From: Pseudomonadota bacterium | GTDB taxonomy: Bacteria; Pseudomonadota; Gammaproteobacteria; Burkholderiales; JABEVD01 | Reading direction: 5' to 3' | NCBI GenBank assembly: GCA_021802655.1 | Contig: JAJZRP010000003.1 | Location: 1,024-65,023 of the forward strand | DNA: 64,000 bases | Shown here: positions 32,851 to 43,483 of the stretch, piece after piece | How positions within the stretch are numbered: position 1 is the stretch's first letter | Layout: each line of letters opens with the position of its first letter | The notes under the pieces: model-generated | Told to the model about the DNA's origin: nothing | The model's input: only the letters and a program-made list of their open reading frames with translations | Databases searched by the model: none | Position numbers and translations under genes: made by a program

Positions 32851-33569
32851 GTAGTCTCAAGGCGGAAAATCTGAGAAAACGCTACAAGTCGCGGACTGTC
32901 CTGCAGGATGTTTCGCTCGAGGTGAACAGCGGGGAAGTCGTCGGCCTGCTCGGACCGAACGGGGCTGGGAAAACGACCTGTTTTTACATGATGGTCGGTC
33001 TCGTGCCGCTGGACGGCGGGGATATCTACCTCGACGGGGAGAAGCTTTCCCGCATGCCCATTCATTTGCGTGCGCGCCTGGGGCTTTCTTATTTGCCGCA
33101 GGAAGCATCCGTTTTCAGGAAACTCAATGTTGCGCAGAATATCCAGGCTGTTCTGGAATTGCAGCGCCATCCGGACGGAGAGATCCCCAAACTTCTCGAA
33201 AGTTTGCTCGAAGACCTGAACATCTCCCACCTGAGGAATAGCCCGGCTGCCAGTTTGTCGGGTGGCGAAAGGCGAAGGGTCGAGATCGCGCGTGCGCTGG
33301 CAACCAATCCGCGCTTTATCTTGCTCGATGAGCCCTTCGCCGGCGTCGATCCGATCGCCGTTCTCGATATTCAGAAAATCATTCATTTCCTGAAAGACCG
33401 CGGCATAGGGATACTGATCACGGACCACAATGTGAGAGAGATGCTCGGCATATGCGACCGGGCGTACATCATCAACGAGGGTGTCGTTCTGGCTTACGGA
33501 AAGCCGGATGAAATCATTTATAATGAGAATGTCAGGAAAGTCTATCTGGGTGAGCATTTCCGCATGTGA
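32847..33569 (+). CDS. lptB: LPS export ABC ATPase LptB
   Basis: [35 protein letters not shown] and TDHNVRE. Confidence 0.96.
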   Translation: MSSLKAENLRKRYKSRTVLQDVSLEVNSGEVVGLLGPNGAGKTTCFYMMVGLVPLDGGDIYLDGEKLSRMPIHLRARLGLSYLPQEASVFRKLNVAQNIQAVLELQRHPDGEIPKLLESLLEDLNISHLRNSPAASLSGGERRRVEIARALATNPRFILLDEPFAGVDPIAVLDIQKIIHFLKDRGIGILITDHNVREMLGICDRAYIINEGVVLAYGKPDEIIYNENVRKVYLGEHFRM

Positions 33570-33589
33570 CGGAAAATTGAATTGAGTCG

Positions 33590-34993
33590 ATGAAACCTAC
33601 GCTACAGCTCAAGTTATCTCAACAACTGACGCTGACCCCCCAACTGCAGCAGGCCATCCGGTTGTTGCAGCTCTCCACCCTGGAAATGAATCAGGAGGTG
33701 GAGCGCTTCCTGCTGGAAAATCCCCTTCTCGAGCGGGAAGAGCCTACGGAAGAGGAGTCTGCTGGCGTTTTTCAGGCTGGGGAGGCCGCCGTCGAGAAGC
33801 CGGAATCTTCCGAAGTGCCGCAGGAGATCGACTGGTTCGACAACGATGGCCCTTCCTATTCTTCAGAGGCTTCCGGCGACGACGATGTTCACGACTACCA
33901 GCAGGCGCAGAGCCCCAGCCTGAGGGATCACCTGAACTGGCAGCTTGGCATGACCCAGCTTACCGACAGGGACAAGAAAATCGTTTCCCTGCTGATCGAT
34001 GCGCTCGACGACAATGGTTACCTGTCGCAGGATCTGGAAGAGCTTGCCGCCATGTTGCCGGTCGAGCTGGAAATCGACGCCGAGGACTTGGCCATCGCGC
34101 TGCAGCATTTGCAGCATATGGATCCCGTGGGGGTCGGGGCGAGAAACCTTTCCGAATGCCTGGCGCTTCAACTGAAGGCGATGCTTCCGGACACGCCTTT
34201 CCGCGAAGAAGCCCTGGAAATCGTGGGTCATCATCTGGCGAGTCTTGCGGCTCACGATTTTGCCAAGCTGAAAAAAAGCCTGAGCTGCAATGATGTCGTA
34301 TTGCGCGGCGCGCAACAGCTCATCACGCACCTCAACCCGAGGCCGGGAAGCGAGTATTCGAATCAGGTTGCGCGTTACATCATTCCGGATGTCATCGTTC
34401 GAAAAATCAAGGGGGAGTGGGCCGTCTCCCTGAATCCGGATGCCATTCCGCGCCTGAAGGTGAACAAGCTGTATGCGGATATCCTGAGCCGCGGGCAGGA
34501 CTCCGGTCAGCAACAGATCGGCCAGCAATTGCAGGAAGCGAAATGGCTGATCAAAAATGTGCAGCAGCGCTTCGAAACCATACACAAGGTGTCGAAGGCG
34601 ATCGTGGAGAGACAGCACAATTTCCTGGAGCATGGGGAGGTCGCGATGCGTCCTCTGGTGTTGCGCGAGATTGCTGAAGAGATCGGACTGCACGAGTCCA
34701 CCGTGTCCCGCGTCACCACCCAGAAGTTCATGCTCACCCCGCGCGGCATTTTCGAACTGAAATATTTTTTCGGCAGTCATGTTTCGACCGAGGCGGGAGG
34801 CGCCTGTTCTTCGACTGCCATCAGGGCGCTGATACGCCAGCTCGTCAATGCGGAAGATGCGAGAAATCCGCTCAGCGACAGCCAGATTTCTGAAATGCTG
34901 GGGAAGCAGGGTATTGTGGTTGCCCGCCGAACCATTGCAAAATACCGGGAATCCCTGAAAATACCCCCGGTCAATCTTCGTAAGTCACTATAA
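33590..34993 (+). CDS. rpoN: RNA polymerase sigma-54 factor
   Basis: LTPQLQQAIRLLQLS, HESTVSR and RpoN box ARRTIAKYRE. Confidence 0.98.
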   Translation: MKPTLQLKLSQQLTLTPQLQQAIRLLQLSTLEMNQEVERFLLENPLLEREEPTEEESAGVFQAGEAAVEKPESSEVPQEIDWFDNDGPSYSSEASGDDDVHDYQQAQSPSLRDHLNWQLGMTQLTDRDKKIVSLLIDALDDNGYLSQDLEELAAMLPVELEIDAEDLAIALQHLQHMDPVGVGARNLSECLALQLKAMLPDTPFREEALEIVGHHLASLAAHDFAKLKKSLSCNDVVLRGAQQLITHLNPRPGSEYSNQVARYIIPDVIVRKIKGEWAVSLNPDAIPRLKVNKLYADILSRGQDSGQQQIGQQLQEAKWLIKNVQQRFETIHKVSKAIVERQHNFLEHGEVAMRPLVLREIAEEIGLHESTVSRVTTQKFMLTPRGIFELKYFFGSHVSTEAGGACSSTAIRALIRQLVNAEDARNPLSDSQISEMLGKQGIVVARRTIAKYRESLKIPPVNLRKSL

Positions 34994-35012
34994 CCCAAAA
35001 AGGAGTTCTTCG

Positions 35013-35339
35013 ATGAATATCAAGCTCAGCGGGCACCATGTGGAAATCACCCCGGCAATCCGCGATTACGTGCAGACGAAGCTGGGGCGCGTGGCCAGCC
35101 ATTTCGATCATGTGATCGACATCAGCGCCATTTTGTCGGTCGAAAAACTCAAGCAAAAGATAGAAGCGACTGTCCACATGCCGGGAAAGGACTTTTTCGC
35201 CGAATGCAGCGATGCGAACATGTATGCGGCAATCGACAATCTTGCCGACAAGCTGGACAGACAAATCATGAAGCACAAGGAAAAAACGATCGAGCGCCGC
35301 CTCGACGGCGAAGGGCTGAAGGCTCAGGCAGCCGAATAA
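35013..35339 (+). CDS. hpf: Ribosome hibernation promoting factor
   Basis: GHHVEITPAIRDYV and MYAAID..DKLDRQ; follows rpoN. Confidence 0.93.
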   Translation: MNIKLSGHHVEITPAIRDYVQTKLGRVASHFDHVIDISAILSVEKLKQKIEATVHMPGKDFFAECSDANMYAAIDNLADKLDRQIMKHKEKTIERRLDGEGLKAQAAE

Positions 35340-35342
35340 GCC

Positions 35343-35810
35343 GTGAACCTGATTGCCAAACTGCTCTCCCCCGGGCATGTGCTGATCGATCTCGATGCGG
35401 GGAGCAAGAAGCGGGTCTTCGAGCAGGTCGGGCTTCTGTTCGAGAACAGCCTGGGGATTGCCAGAAGCGAAGTTTTCGACAGCCTCTTCGGGCGCGAGAA
35501 ACTCGGCTCCACTGGCCTCGGGCAGGGAGTGGCGATTCCTCACGGCAGGATAAGGGGGCTGCGCGAGGCTGCGGGCGCTTTTGTCAAACTGGCCTCCCCG
35601 ATTCCTTTCGATGCGCCGGATTCCAAGCCGGTCGGCCTGATATTCGTGCTTCTCGTGCCGGAGCGGGCAACGGATCTTCATTTGCAAATTCTGGGCGAAC
35701 TGGCACAGATGTTCAGCGACAAGGATTTCAGGGAAAGTCTGCTGAATGCTTCCGATGCGGATACGGTCATCCGCCTGGTATCCGAGTGGAAGGCGCATGC
35801 AGCAGATTAG
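35343..35810 (+). CDS. ptsN: PTS IIA(Ntr)
   Basis: SKKRVFE and REKLGSTGLGQGVAIPHGR. Confidence 0.94.
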   Translation: MNLIAKLLSPGHVLIDLDAGSKKRVFEQVGLLFENSLGIARSEVFDSLFGREKLGSTGLGQGVAIPHGRIRGLREAAGAFVKLASPIPFDAPDSKPVGLIFVLLVPERATDLHLQILGELAQMFSDKDFRESLLNASDADTVIRLVSEWKAHAAD

Positions 35811-36741
35811 CATCGCAGCGCTCTTCGATGAGCAGAAGGAGAAGCTCGCCCTCGAATGGGTTTCGGGAAGAGGCGGGAGCGGAAGAATTCTGGACAGCGA
35901 CAGGATAGGGGTGTCGACCCAGGGATTGATAGGGCATCTCAACTTTATCCACCCCAATTGGGTTCAGGTCGTGAGCCGTGTCGAGAACGACTATCTCGGT
36001 GCGTTCGATCTCGACGCGCAAAGAAGCATGCTCGAACCGATTTTTCGGGGGGACATCGCCTGCATGATCGTCGCCGAAAGTGAACCCGTATCCGCTGTGC
36101 TCGCCGAAATGGCAGATTCCCTCGGTGTCCCTCTGCTGCGCTCTCCACAGCAGAGCGTGCATTTGATGTGGCTGCTGCGCCATTATTTGACAAGAAACCT
36201 CGCGAAGTCGACTTCCCTGCACGGCGTGTTTCTCGATGTCCTGGGGCTGGGGGTGCTGATCACCGGCGAGAGCGGAGTGGGAAAAAGCGAGCTTGCCCTG
36301 GAACTCATCAGCCGCGGCAGCGGACTCATTGCCGACGATTCGGTCGAATTTTACAGGATCGCCCCCGAGACGCTTGAGGGGCGCTGCCCCCCCATGCTCA
36401 GGGATTTTCTGGAAGTGCGCGGCATCGGTCTGCTCAACATCAGGACCATCTTCGGCGAGAATGCAATGCGTCCGAAGAAGAATTTGAAGCTGATCGTCAA
36501 CCTGAAGCGTTCGAATGAATCGGAGCTCGTGGAAATCGAGAGGCTGCCGCTGGACCGCGGAAAACGCGAAATCATGGGGGTCGAGGTATCCGAAGTGACG
36601 CTTCCCGTTGCAGTTGGGCGCAACCTTGCCGTTCTCGTCGAAGTTGCCGTGAGGAACCACATTCTTCTGATGCGGGGGATAGACAGCACCCGGGACTTCG
36701 TCGAGAGGCAGCGGACGCATATGCAAAATGGTGACTCCTGA
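35797..36741 (+). CDS. hprK: HPr(Ser) kinase/phosphatase
   Basis: [25 protein letters not shown] and LEVRGIG; ATG at 35797. Confidence 0.94.
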   Translation: MQQISIAALFDEQKEKLALEWVSGRGGSGRILDSDRIGVSTQGLIGHLNFIHPNWVQVVSRVENDYLGAFDLDAQRSMLEPIFRGDIACMIVAESEPVSAVLAEMADSLGVPLLRSPQQSVHLMWLLRHYLTRNLAKSTSLHGVFLDVLGLGVLITGESGVGKSELALELISRGSGLIADDSVEFYRIAPETLEGRCPPMLRDFLEVRGIGLLNIRTIFGENAMRPKKNLKLIVNLKRSNESELVEIERLPLDRGKREIMGVEVSEVTLPVAVGRNLAVLVEVAVRNHILLMRGIDSTRDFVERQRTHMQNGDS

Positions 36742-36742
36742 C

Positions 36743-37582
36743 ATGCAGATTATCCTGATCAGCGGTCTTTCCGGCTCCGGCAAGAGCATCGCGCTCAATG
36801 TGCTCGAGGATGGCGGCTATTACTGTGTCGACAACCTTCCCGTCAGGCTGCTTTCCGATCTGACGCGGATACTGCTCGAGTCGGGGAACGAACGCATCGC
36901 CGTGAGCGTCGATGTCAGGAACGTCGGCTCGCTTTCTCAGTTGCCCCAGCATATCCAGGCGCTGCGGCAGGGCGAAATGGATGTGCGCCTGCTGTTTCTC
37001 GAGGCCAAGACCGAGACGCTGGTCAAGCGTTTTTCGGAGACGAGGCGCAAGCACCCCCTTTCCGACGACAAGCTCACGCTTCCCGAATGCATCGAATACG
37101 AACGCGAAATGCTTTCCGAGGTCAGGGAGATCGCCCACAAGATCGACACCTCGGACCTGAGCCCCAACGTGCTGAGAAGCTGGATACAGGACTTCATCCA
37201 CATCGACCGCTCCAGGCTGACCCTGCTTTTCCAGTCTTTCGGCTTCAAGCACGGTCTGCCGCTCGATTCGGACATGGTTTTCGACGTGCGTTGCCTGCCC
37301 AATCCCTTCTATGACCTGAAACTTCGTCCACTGACCGGCAAGGAGCAGGAAGTCGTTCGCTTCCTCGAAAGCGATGAAAGCGTCGGGCGCATGCTTGACG
37401 ACATCAGGCGTTTCGTGGAAACCTGGCTGCCGAGTTTCATCCGGGACAACCGCAACTATCTTTCCATATCGATAGGCTGTACCGGCGGCCAGCACCGATC
37501 GGTCTACATGGTCGAAAAGCTCGCAAGGCATTTTTCATCCCTGGACAGCCAGGTGCTGGTGAGGCACAGGGAACTGAAGTGA
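36743..37582 (+). CDS. rapZ: RNase adapter RapZ
   Basis: [23 protein letters not shown] and [10 protein letters not shown]. Confidence 0.95.
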   Translation: MQIILISGLSGSGKSIALNVLEDGGYYCVDNLPVRLLSDLTRILLESGNERIAVSVDVRNVGSLSQLPQHIQALRQGEMDVRLLFLEAKTETLVKRFSETRRKHPLSDDKLTLPECIEYEREMLSEVREIAHKIDTSDLSPNVLRSWIQDFIHIDRSRLTLLFQSFGFKHGLPLDSDMVFDVRCLPNPFYDLKLRPLTGKEQEVVRFLESDESVGRMLDDIRRFVETWLPSFIRDNRNYLSISIGCTGGQHRSVYMVEKLARHFSSLDSQVLVRHRELK

Positions 37583-37947
37583 TACGCCTGATCAGGATTG
37601 GAGACTGGCTGGTGATTCTGCTCGCCATGGTTTTCGTGGGCTTTCTTTTCGCGGAAACGGGGCATGCGGGCGGAGCTAGACAAGTTTTGATCAGGAAGGG
37701 CGGGGAAATATTCGCGGAAGTCAGCCTTTTCAAGGACAGAAAGATTGACGTGCCGGGCCCGCTGGGCGTGAGCCTCGTCGTGATTTCCGGAGGAGCTGCG
37801 CGGGTGGCGAAGGACCCCGGTCCGCGCCAGTATTGCGTCAGGCAGGGTTGGCTGAGGAATGAGGGGGACGCCGCAATCTGTCTGCCGAACCAGGTGAGCG
37901 TCGAACTTTTGGGCGGGAATAAGCGCTATGATTCGCTCAACTATTGA
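37579..37947 (+). CDS. NusG domain II (DUF1312)-like membrane-anchored protein
   Basis: GD-hydrophobic TM N-terminus; [16 protein letters not shown] and AICLPNQV. Confidence 0.8.
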   Translation: MIRLIRIGDWLVILLAMVFVGFLFAETGHAGGARQVLIRKGGEIFAEVSLFKDRKIDVPGPLGVSLVVISGGAARVAKDPGPRQYCVRQGWLRNEGDAAICLPNQVSVELLGGNKRYDSLNY

Positions 37948-38473
37948 AATTTTTGCAACCAGGGACGACCATCATGTCTCCCGCATGGCGGCCCTTGCAA
38001 TAGGGCTTTCCTTCGTGGATGCGGCGATTCCGCTTCCGGTTCCGGGGATCAAGCCCGGATTTGCGAATATCGTGGTATTGATCGTGCTCGCCCGCTACGG
38101 ACTGCGCACGGCGATATGGGTTTCCTTGTTGCGCGTGCTGGCGGGCAGCCTGCTGTTCGGCGCCTTCCTCTCTCCCGGATTCTTTCTCAGCCTTTGCGGC
38201 GCGCTTTGCAGCCTCGCAGCCCTTTTTCTGGCCAGCGCGCTTCCGGAAAGATTCTTCGGTGCAGTGAGCCGCAGCATCATCGCGGCTTTCGCGCATATTT
38301 CCGGGCAACTGATGCTGGCCTATTTCTGGCTGATTCCCCATGTCGGGCTGTTCTCGCTTGCGCCCTTCTTCGCAGCGGCCGCGCTCCTTTTCGGCACGGT
38401 CAACGGCCTGGTCGCTGCGCATTTCCTGGAATGCGAAAAAGTTGAGGCGGTTCCTCAAGTTCCCATACAATGA
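37928..38473 (+). CDS. Gx transporter family / heptaprenyl diphosphate synthase component I-like membrane protein
   Basis: IPLPVPGIKPGFANIV, LLRV and AHISGQL; multi-TM. Confidence 0.82.
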   Translation: MIRSTIEIFATRDDHHVSRMAALAIGLSFVDAAIPLPVPGIKPGFANIVVLIVLARYGLRTAIWVSLLRVLAGSLLFGAFLSPGFFLSLCGALCSLAALFLASALPERFFGAVSRSIIAAFAHISGQLMLAYFWLIPHVGLFSLAPFFAAAALLFGTVNGLVAAHFLECEKVEAVPQVPIQ

Positions 38474-38477
38474 CCGG

Positions 38478-39101
38478 ATGAACAAAGAAAGAACCATCGC
38501 GCTGGCGCTGACGGGCGCATCGGGCATGCCCTACGCCATCAGGCTGATCGAGAAAATCCTGGAAAGCGGGGCCCGCCTCTATCTCATCTATTCCGCGGTG
38601 GCGCAGATCGTCATCAAGCAGGAAATGGGGCTTGCCCTGCCATCCAGGGCGAGCGAGGCGGAGGATTATTTCGTCGAACGATTCAAGCCGGAACCGGGCA
38701 AGCTCCGCGTTTTCGGCCGCGAGGAATGGTTCGCCCCGGTAACCTCGGGTTCCAATCCGCCGGACGCGATGGTGGTCTGCCCCTGCACCATGGGAAGCCT
38801 TGCGGCGTTTGCAGCCGGCATGAGCCAGAACATCATCGAGCGCGCAGTGGACGTGATGCTGAAGGAGCGCAGGAAACTCGTCATCGTGCCGAGGGAGACC
38901 CCGTTCTCGACGATCCACCTCGAGAACATGCTGAGGCTTGCCCGGGCAGGTGCGGTCATACTTCCGGCGAACCCCGGTTTCTACCAGCATCCGCAATCCG
39001 TGGACGATCTGGTGGACTACATCGTTGCGAGGATACTGGATCACCTCGACATACCGCAGAATATTTCCGCCAGATGGGGCGAGATCGAAGGAGAAGCATG
39101 A
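38478..39101 (+). CDS. ubiX: Flavin prenyltransferase UbiX
   Basis: [30 protein letters not shown] and PGFY. Confidence 0.93.
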   Translation: MNKERTIALALTGASGMPYAIRLIEKILESGARLYLIYSAVAQIVIKQEMGLALPSRASEAEDYFVERFKPEPGKLRVFGREEWFAPVTSGSNPPDAMVVCPCTMGSLAAFAAGMSQNIIERAVDVMLKERRKLVIVPRETPFSTIHLENMLRLARAGAVILPANPGFYQHPQSVDDLVDYIVARILDHLDIPQNISARWGEIEGEA

Positions 39102-40264
39102 AAATACACGAATACCAGGCGAAGGAAATTTTGCGGGAATACGGCGTTCCGACTCCCCGGGGTTTTTCCGCCTTCAGCGTGATGGATGCAGTCGAAAATG
39201 CGCAAAGGCTGGGCGGCGACACCTGGGTGGTGAAGGCGCAGATCCATGCGGGAGGACGCGGCAAGGCAGGCGGGGTGAAGGTCGCAAGGTCCGGCGGGGA
39301 GCTCGAAAAGTTTGCCGGCGAGATGCTCGGCATGCATCTCGTGACGCCCCAGACAGGGGAGGAAGGACGAATCGTCAAGCGCCTCCTGATCGAGGAGGGG
39401 GCGCAGATAGAAGCCGAATATTATGCCGGGCTCGTGGTGGACAGGGGATCGCAGCGTGTGGTGCTGATAGCCAGCCGGGAGGGCGGAACGGAAATAGAGG
39501 AAGTCGCGAGGGATACCCCTGAAAAAATACACAAGGTTACCATCGATCCCGGCAAGGGGCTGCTCCGGCAGGACGCCGGGGATGTCGCGCGCAAGATAGG
39601 CATTCCGGAAAGCGCCGTGGATGCCGCCGGCGAATTCTTCATGGCGCTTTACAGGGTTTTCGTCGAAAAGGATGCGATGCTGCTTGAAGTCAATCCCATG
39701 ATCTTGGACAGGGGCGGCAGGCTGCTCGCCCTGGACGCCAAGATCAACTTCGATGACAACGCGCTTTACCGGCACCCTGAAATCCTGGCGCTGCGCGATC
39801 TGGACGAGGAAGATCCCGCGGAGATCGAGGCGTCCAGATTCGGACTTTCCTATATTTCGCTGGACGGCAACATCGGTTGTCTCGTCAACGGGGCGGGACT
39901 CGCGATGGCGACCATGGACATCGTGAAGCTCTATGGCGCCTCCCCTGCCAACTTTCTGGACGTGGGGGGCGGCGCCTCGGTCGAGAAAGTCACGGAAGCC
40001 TTCAAGTTGATGCTGGCGAATCCCAAGGTCGAGGTGATCCTCGTCAACATATTCGGCGGGATCATGAAATGCGACGTGATCGCACAGGGAATCGTTGCAG
40101 CGGCGAGGCAGGTTGCGCTCAATGTGCCGCTGGTGGTCAGACTGGAAGGCACCCATGTGGAACTCGGCAAGAAAATCCTGGCGGAATCGGGATTGCCGAT
40201 CATTTCAGCGAACACCATGATGGATGCTGCGAAAAAGGCGGTCGATGCCGCGAAAGGCCATTGA
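39098..40264 (+). CDS. sucC: Succinate-CoA ligase beta subunit
   Basis: [34 protein letters not shown] and NFLDVGG. Confidence 0.95.
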   Translation: MKIHEYQAKEILREYGVPTPRGFSAFSVMDAVENAQRLGGDTWVVKAQIHAGGRGKAGGVKVARSGGELEKFAGEMLGMHLVTPQTGEEGRIVKRLLIEEGAQIEAEYYAGLVVDRGSQRVVLIASREGGTEIEEVARDTPEKIHKVTIDPGKGLLRQDAGDVARKIGIPESAVDAAGEFFMALYRVFVEKDAMLLEVNPMILDRGGRLLALDAKINFDDNALYRHPEILALRDLDEEDPAEIEASRFGLSYISLDGNIGCLVNGAGLAMATMDIVKLYGASPANFLDVGGGASVEKVTEAFKLMLANPKVEVILVNIFGGIMKCDVIAQGIVAAARQVALNVPLVVRLEGTHVELGKKILAESGLPIISANTMMDAAKKAVDAAKGH

Positions 40265-41139
40265 TGTCCATACTTGTCGACAAGAACACCAAAGTGATGA
40301 CGCAGGGCATGACCGGGAAAACCGGCATGTTCCATACGCTGCAGTGCAAAAATTATGCGAACGGAGTCAACTGCTTCGTCGCCGGGGTGACTCCCGGAAA
40401 GGGCGGACAGAACTTCGAGGGCATTCCCGTTTTCGACACGGTGAGGGAAGCGAAACATTCGACGGGAGCCGCCGTTTCGGTGATCTACGTCCCGCCTCCT
40501 TTCGCCGCTGCGGCGATCCTGGAGGCGGTCGAAGCGGAGCTCGATCTCGTGATCTGCATCACCGAAGGAATCCCGGTCCACGACATGATCAATGTCAGAT
40601 ACCGAATGGAGGGAAAAAGGACGCTCCTCATCGGGCCGAATTGCCCCGGGATCATCACTCCGGACGAAATCAAGATCGGGATCATGCCCGGCCATATCCA
40701 CAAGAAGGGCAGGATAGGGGTGGTGTCGAGATCGGGAACGCTGACCTACGAAGCCGTCGGGCAATTGATGGAAGTCGGCCTCGGGCAGTCTTCCTGCGTC
40801 GGCATAGGCGGAGATCCGGTCAGCGGATTGAAGCATATCGACGTGATGAAGCGCTTCAACGAAGATCCTGAAACCGATGCGGTCATCATGGTCGGGGAAA
40901 TCGGCGGAAACGACGAGGAAATCTGCGCGAAGTGGATCAGGGACAACATGCAAAAACCGGTGGTCGGATTCGTCGCCGGGCTCACCGCGCCTAAGGACAA
41001 GCGCATGGGGCATGCAGGCGCGATCATCTCGGGCGGGGAAGGCGGGGCCGAGGAAAAGCTGGCGGTCATGGAGGAATGCGGAATCAGGGTGACGCGCAAT
41101 CCTTCCGAAATCGGCAGGCTCCTGAAGTCGGTTTTATGA
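40264..41139 (+). CDS. sucD: Succinate-CoA ligase alpha subunit
   Basis: [15 protein letters not shown] and MGHAGAI (phospho-His). Confidence 0.95.
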   Translation: MSILVDKNTKVMTQGMTGKTGMFHTLQCKNYANGVNCFVAGVTPGKGGQNFEGIPVFDTVREAKHSTGAAVSVIYVPPPFAAAAILEAVEAELDLVICITEGIPVHDMINVRYRMEGKRTLLIGPNCPGIITPDEIKIGIMPGHIHKKGRIGVVSRSGTLTYEAVGQLMEVGLGQSSCVGIGGDPVSGLKHIDVMKRFNEDPETDAVIMVGEIGGNDEEICAKWIRDNMQKPVVGFVAGLTAPKDKRMGHAGAIISGGEGGAEEKLAVMEECGIRVTRNPSEIGRLLKSVL

Positions 41140-41210
41140 ATTCCGGGCTGCGCACCGCATCCCGCCTGATGGTGCATAATTTGTTGGAATGAGTTCATTT
41201 GAAATATGAC

Positions 41211-42020
41211 ATGGATTTAAGCCGCGCTCTCGAAATCGCCAGCCGGTCCGATACCGGGCGGGTGCGATCCCACAACGAGGACAGCATCGCTTGCGACGCG
41301 GCAACCGGCCTTGTCGTTCTGGCAGACGGCATGGGCGGATACAATGCCGGGGAAGTGGCGAGCGGGATTGCGGTGACGTTGATGGCTTCCTGCGTAAAGG
41401 AAGCGTTGGCGAGAGCCGACGAGATGGATATTAAAAGCGGGGAGAGTCTGCTGCGCGGTCAGGTGATTGCGGCAAACAGCGCGATTTTCGACGCTGCGCA
41501 AAGCAGGACGGACTATGCGGGAATGGGTACGACGGTGGTCGCTGCGCTGTTTTACGACGACAGGGTGAGCGTCGCGCATCTCGGGGACTCCCGGCTGTAC
41601 AGGCTGCGCGATGAGAAACTGGAGCTTTTGACGCGCGACCATTCGCTGCTTCAGGAGCAACTGGACAGGGGCATGCTTACCCTCGAGGAGGCCAGGGTTT
41701 CCCGGCATAGAAACATCGTGACGCGCGCGCTTGGCGTCGAGCGGGAAGCAGAGGTGGAAGTCGGGAGCTTCGATGTCCTGCCGGACGACATTTATCTGCT
41801 ATGTTCGGACGGGTTGAACGATATGCTCGATGACGAGGAAATCCGGCTTGCCGTTCAGACATTGAAGTCGAACATGAAACTGGCAGCGGACCAACTCGTC
41901 GAACTTGCCAATGAAAATGGCGGGCGCGACAATATCTCGGTTATCCTGGTCAAGGTGAAACAGAGTTTCGCTGTCCGCAAGGGGCTGATTGCAAAACTCA
42001 GGTCGTCTTTCAGAAAATGA
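41211..42020 (+). CDS. PP2C-family (Stp1-like) Ser/Thr phosphatase
   Basis: RSHNEDS, ADGMGG, MGTT, GDSRLY, LCSDGL and GGRDNIS; start 41199 or 41211. Confidence 0.93.
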   Translation: MDLSRALEIASRSDTGRVRSHNEDSIACDAATGLVVLADGMGGYNAGEVASGIAVTLMASCVKEALARADEMDIKSGESLLRGQVIAANSAIFDAAQSRTDYAGMGTTVVAALFYDDRVSVAHLGDSRLYRLRDEKLELLTRDHSLLQEQLDRGMLTLEEARVSRHRNIVTRALGVEREAEVEVGSFDVLPDDIYLLCSDGLNDMLDDEEIRLAVQTLKSNMKLAADQLVELANENGGRDNISVILVKVKQSFAVRKGLIAKLRSSFRK

Positions 42021-42033
42021 AGGGGCAGCTTCC

Positions 42034-42705
42034 ATGTCGAAATTGATCCTCAGCCTTGAAGACGGAACGCTCAAGGAATACCGGCTCGACAGGGAACGCA
42101 TCCGGATCGGGCGGAAACCCGGCAACGATATCCGGATAAACGATGCCGCAGTGAGCGGAGAGCATGCCCTCGTCATCACGATTCTCAACGATTCCTTCCT
42201 GGAGGATCTGGCAAGCACGAACGGCACGAAAGTGAACGGAAAACCTGTCGAGAAATGCTTCCTTCGGCATGAGGACATCATCGAGATCGGGAAATTCAAG
42301 CTGACCTATGTTCATGAGGATGCGCCTGCGCCGGATTTCGAAAAAACCGTCATGCTGCGCCCGCTTGCCTCGCCCGCCATGCTGCCTGCTTCCGCTTCAA
42401 CTCCTGACGTCGCGCCTCAACCGCAGTCGCCCCCAGCCGGGCAGGCCATGGCGGCGATGCGGCTTCTCACCGGCCCGAGTGCGGGCAGGGAACTCGATCT
42501 GGTCAAGAACCTGACCACGCTCGGCAAGCCCGGGGTGCAGGTCGCGTTGATCACGAGACGCCCGCAGGGCTTTTTCGTCGCGCATGTGGATGGGGACAGA
42601 TCGCCGGTTCTGAACGGGCAGGCCATCGGCTTTCAGTCGCATCCGTTGCAAAATCACGATATCCTGGAGCTGGTGGGAATCAGGATGGAATTTTTTCTCA
42701 GGTAG
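42034..42705 (+). CDS. FHA-domain protein (intact N-terminal FHA, degenerate C-terminal FHA-like domain)
   Basis: IGRKPGNDI, VSGEHA and DLASTNGTKVNG; Pro/Ala linker; second domain ends LQNHDILELVG. Confidence 0.9.
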   Translation: MSKLILSLEDGTLKEYRLDRERIRIGRKPGNDIRINDAAVSGEHALVITILNDSFLEDLASTNGTKVNGKPVEKCFLRHEDIIEIGKFKLTYVHEDAPAPDFEKTVMLRPLASPAMLPASASTPDVAPQPQSPPAGQAMAAMRLLTGPSAGRELDLVKNLTTLGKPGVQVALITRRPQGFFVAHVDGDRSPVLNGQAIGFQSHPLQNHDILELVGIRMEFFLR

Positions 42706-42717
42706 GCGGACAGAAAA

Positions 42718-43482
42718 GTGAAGCTCAGAATTCTTGGGTGCAGCGGAGGAATAGGCGGTGCATTGCGAACCACCTCCTTTCTGCTGGATCACGATGTGCT
42801 GATCGATGCCGGCACCGGCGTGGGCAATCTCTCCCTTGAGGAGATGAGCAGGGTCGACCATGTTTTCCTGACGCACGCCCATCTTGACCATATCGCCTCG
42901 CTTCCCCTTCTCGTGGACAGCGTGGGCTATCTGAGGGGAAAACCGGTCACCATTCATGCGATTCCGGAGACGATATCCGCCCTGCGGCAGCATATCTTCA
43001 ACGATGTGATATGGCCGGATTTCGGCAGGATACCCACTCCGGAGTCCCCCTATTTGCGTTACGAGGCTGTCGTCCCGGGAAAAAAGACGGATCTTGCGGG
43101 GCGCAGCATCACCCCGCTGCCTGCGAACCATACGGTTCCCGCAGCGGGCTATCATCTGGACAGCGGAGAAGGAAGCCTCGTATTCAGCGGCGATACGACG
43201 ACCAACGATGCGCTCTGGGATGCGGTCAACCGCATTTCGAATCTGAAATATCTGATCGTTGAGACGGCTTTTTCAGACGGGGAGCGCGAGGTCGCAGTGC
43301 TATCCAAACATCTCTGTCCCAGCCTGCTCGGGATCGAACTCAAGAAATTCAAGGGGAATGTGCCGATCTATATCACCCATCTCAAACCCGGCGAGATGGG
43401 CCTCATCATGCAGGAAGTCGAACAAAATGCGGAGGGCGTGATGCCTCGGATGCTGTTAAACGATCAGGTTTTCGAGTTTTGA
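42718..43482 (+). CDS. Metallo-beta-lactamase-fold 3',5'-cyclic-nucleotide phosphodiesterase (class II-like)
   Basis: ILGCSGG, IDAGTG, THAHLDH, HIFNDVIWPDF, SGDT, HLCP and ITHLKP. Confidence 0.85.
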   Translation: MKLRILGCSGGIGGALRTTSFLLDHDVLIDAGTGVGNLSLEEMSRVDHVFLTHAHLDHIASLPLLVDSVGYLRGKPVTIHAIPETISALRQHIFNDVIWPDFGRIPTPESPYLRYEAVVPGKKTDLAGRSITPLPANHTVPAAGYHLDSGEGSLVFSGDTTTNDALWDAVNRISNLKYLIVETAFSDGEREVAVLSKHLCPSLLGIELKKFKGNVPIYITHLKPGEMGLIMQEVEQNAEGVMPRMLLNDQVFEF

Positions 43483-43483
43483 C

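Noticed and set aside
33564..33582. ATGTGACGGAAAA upstream of rpoN, resembling the pilA enhancer half-site
   Set aside because: There is no second half-site. The similarity is largely explained by both upstream genes ending in Arg-Met-TGA.
39098..42705. sucCD next to PP2C-FHA, suggesting GarA/OdhI-like control of the TCA cycle
   Set aside because: Adjacency is the only support. A gap of about 60-70 bp with a -10-like element separates them, and the FHA gene is tightly coupled to the downstream PDE-ATPase genes.
41211..43482. PP2C + FHA + MBL hydrolase as a T6SS regulatory module or a CBASS/Pycsar-type defence system
   Set aside because: There are no T6SS structural genes, cyclase/CD-NTase, effector nuclease or mobile context. 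The neighbours are pilus-related.
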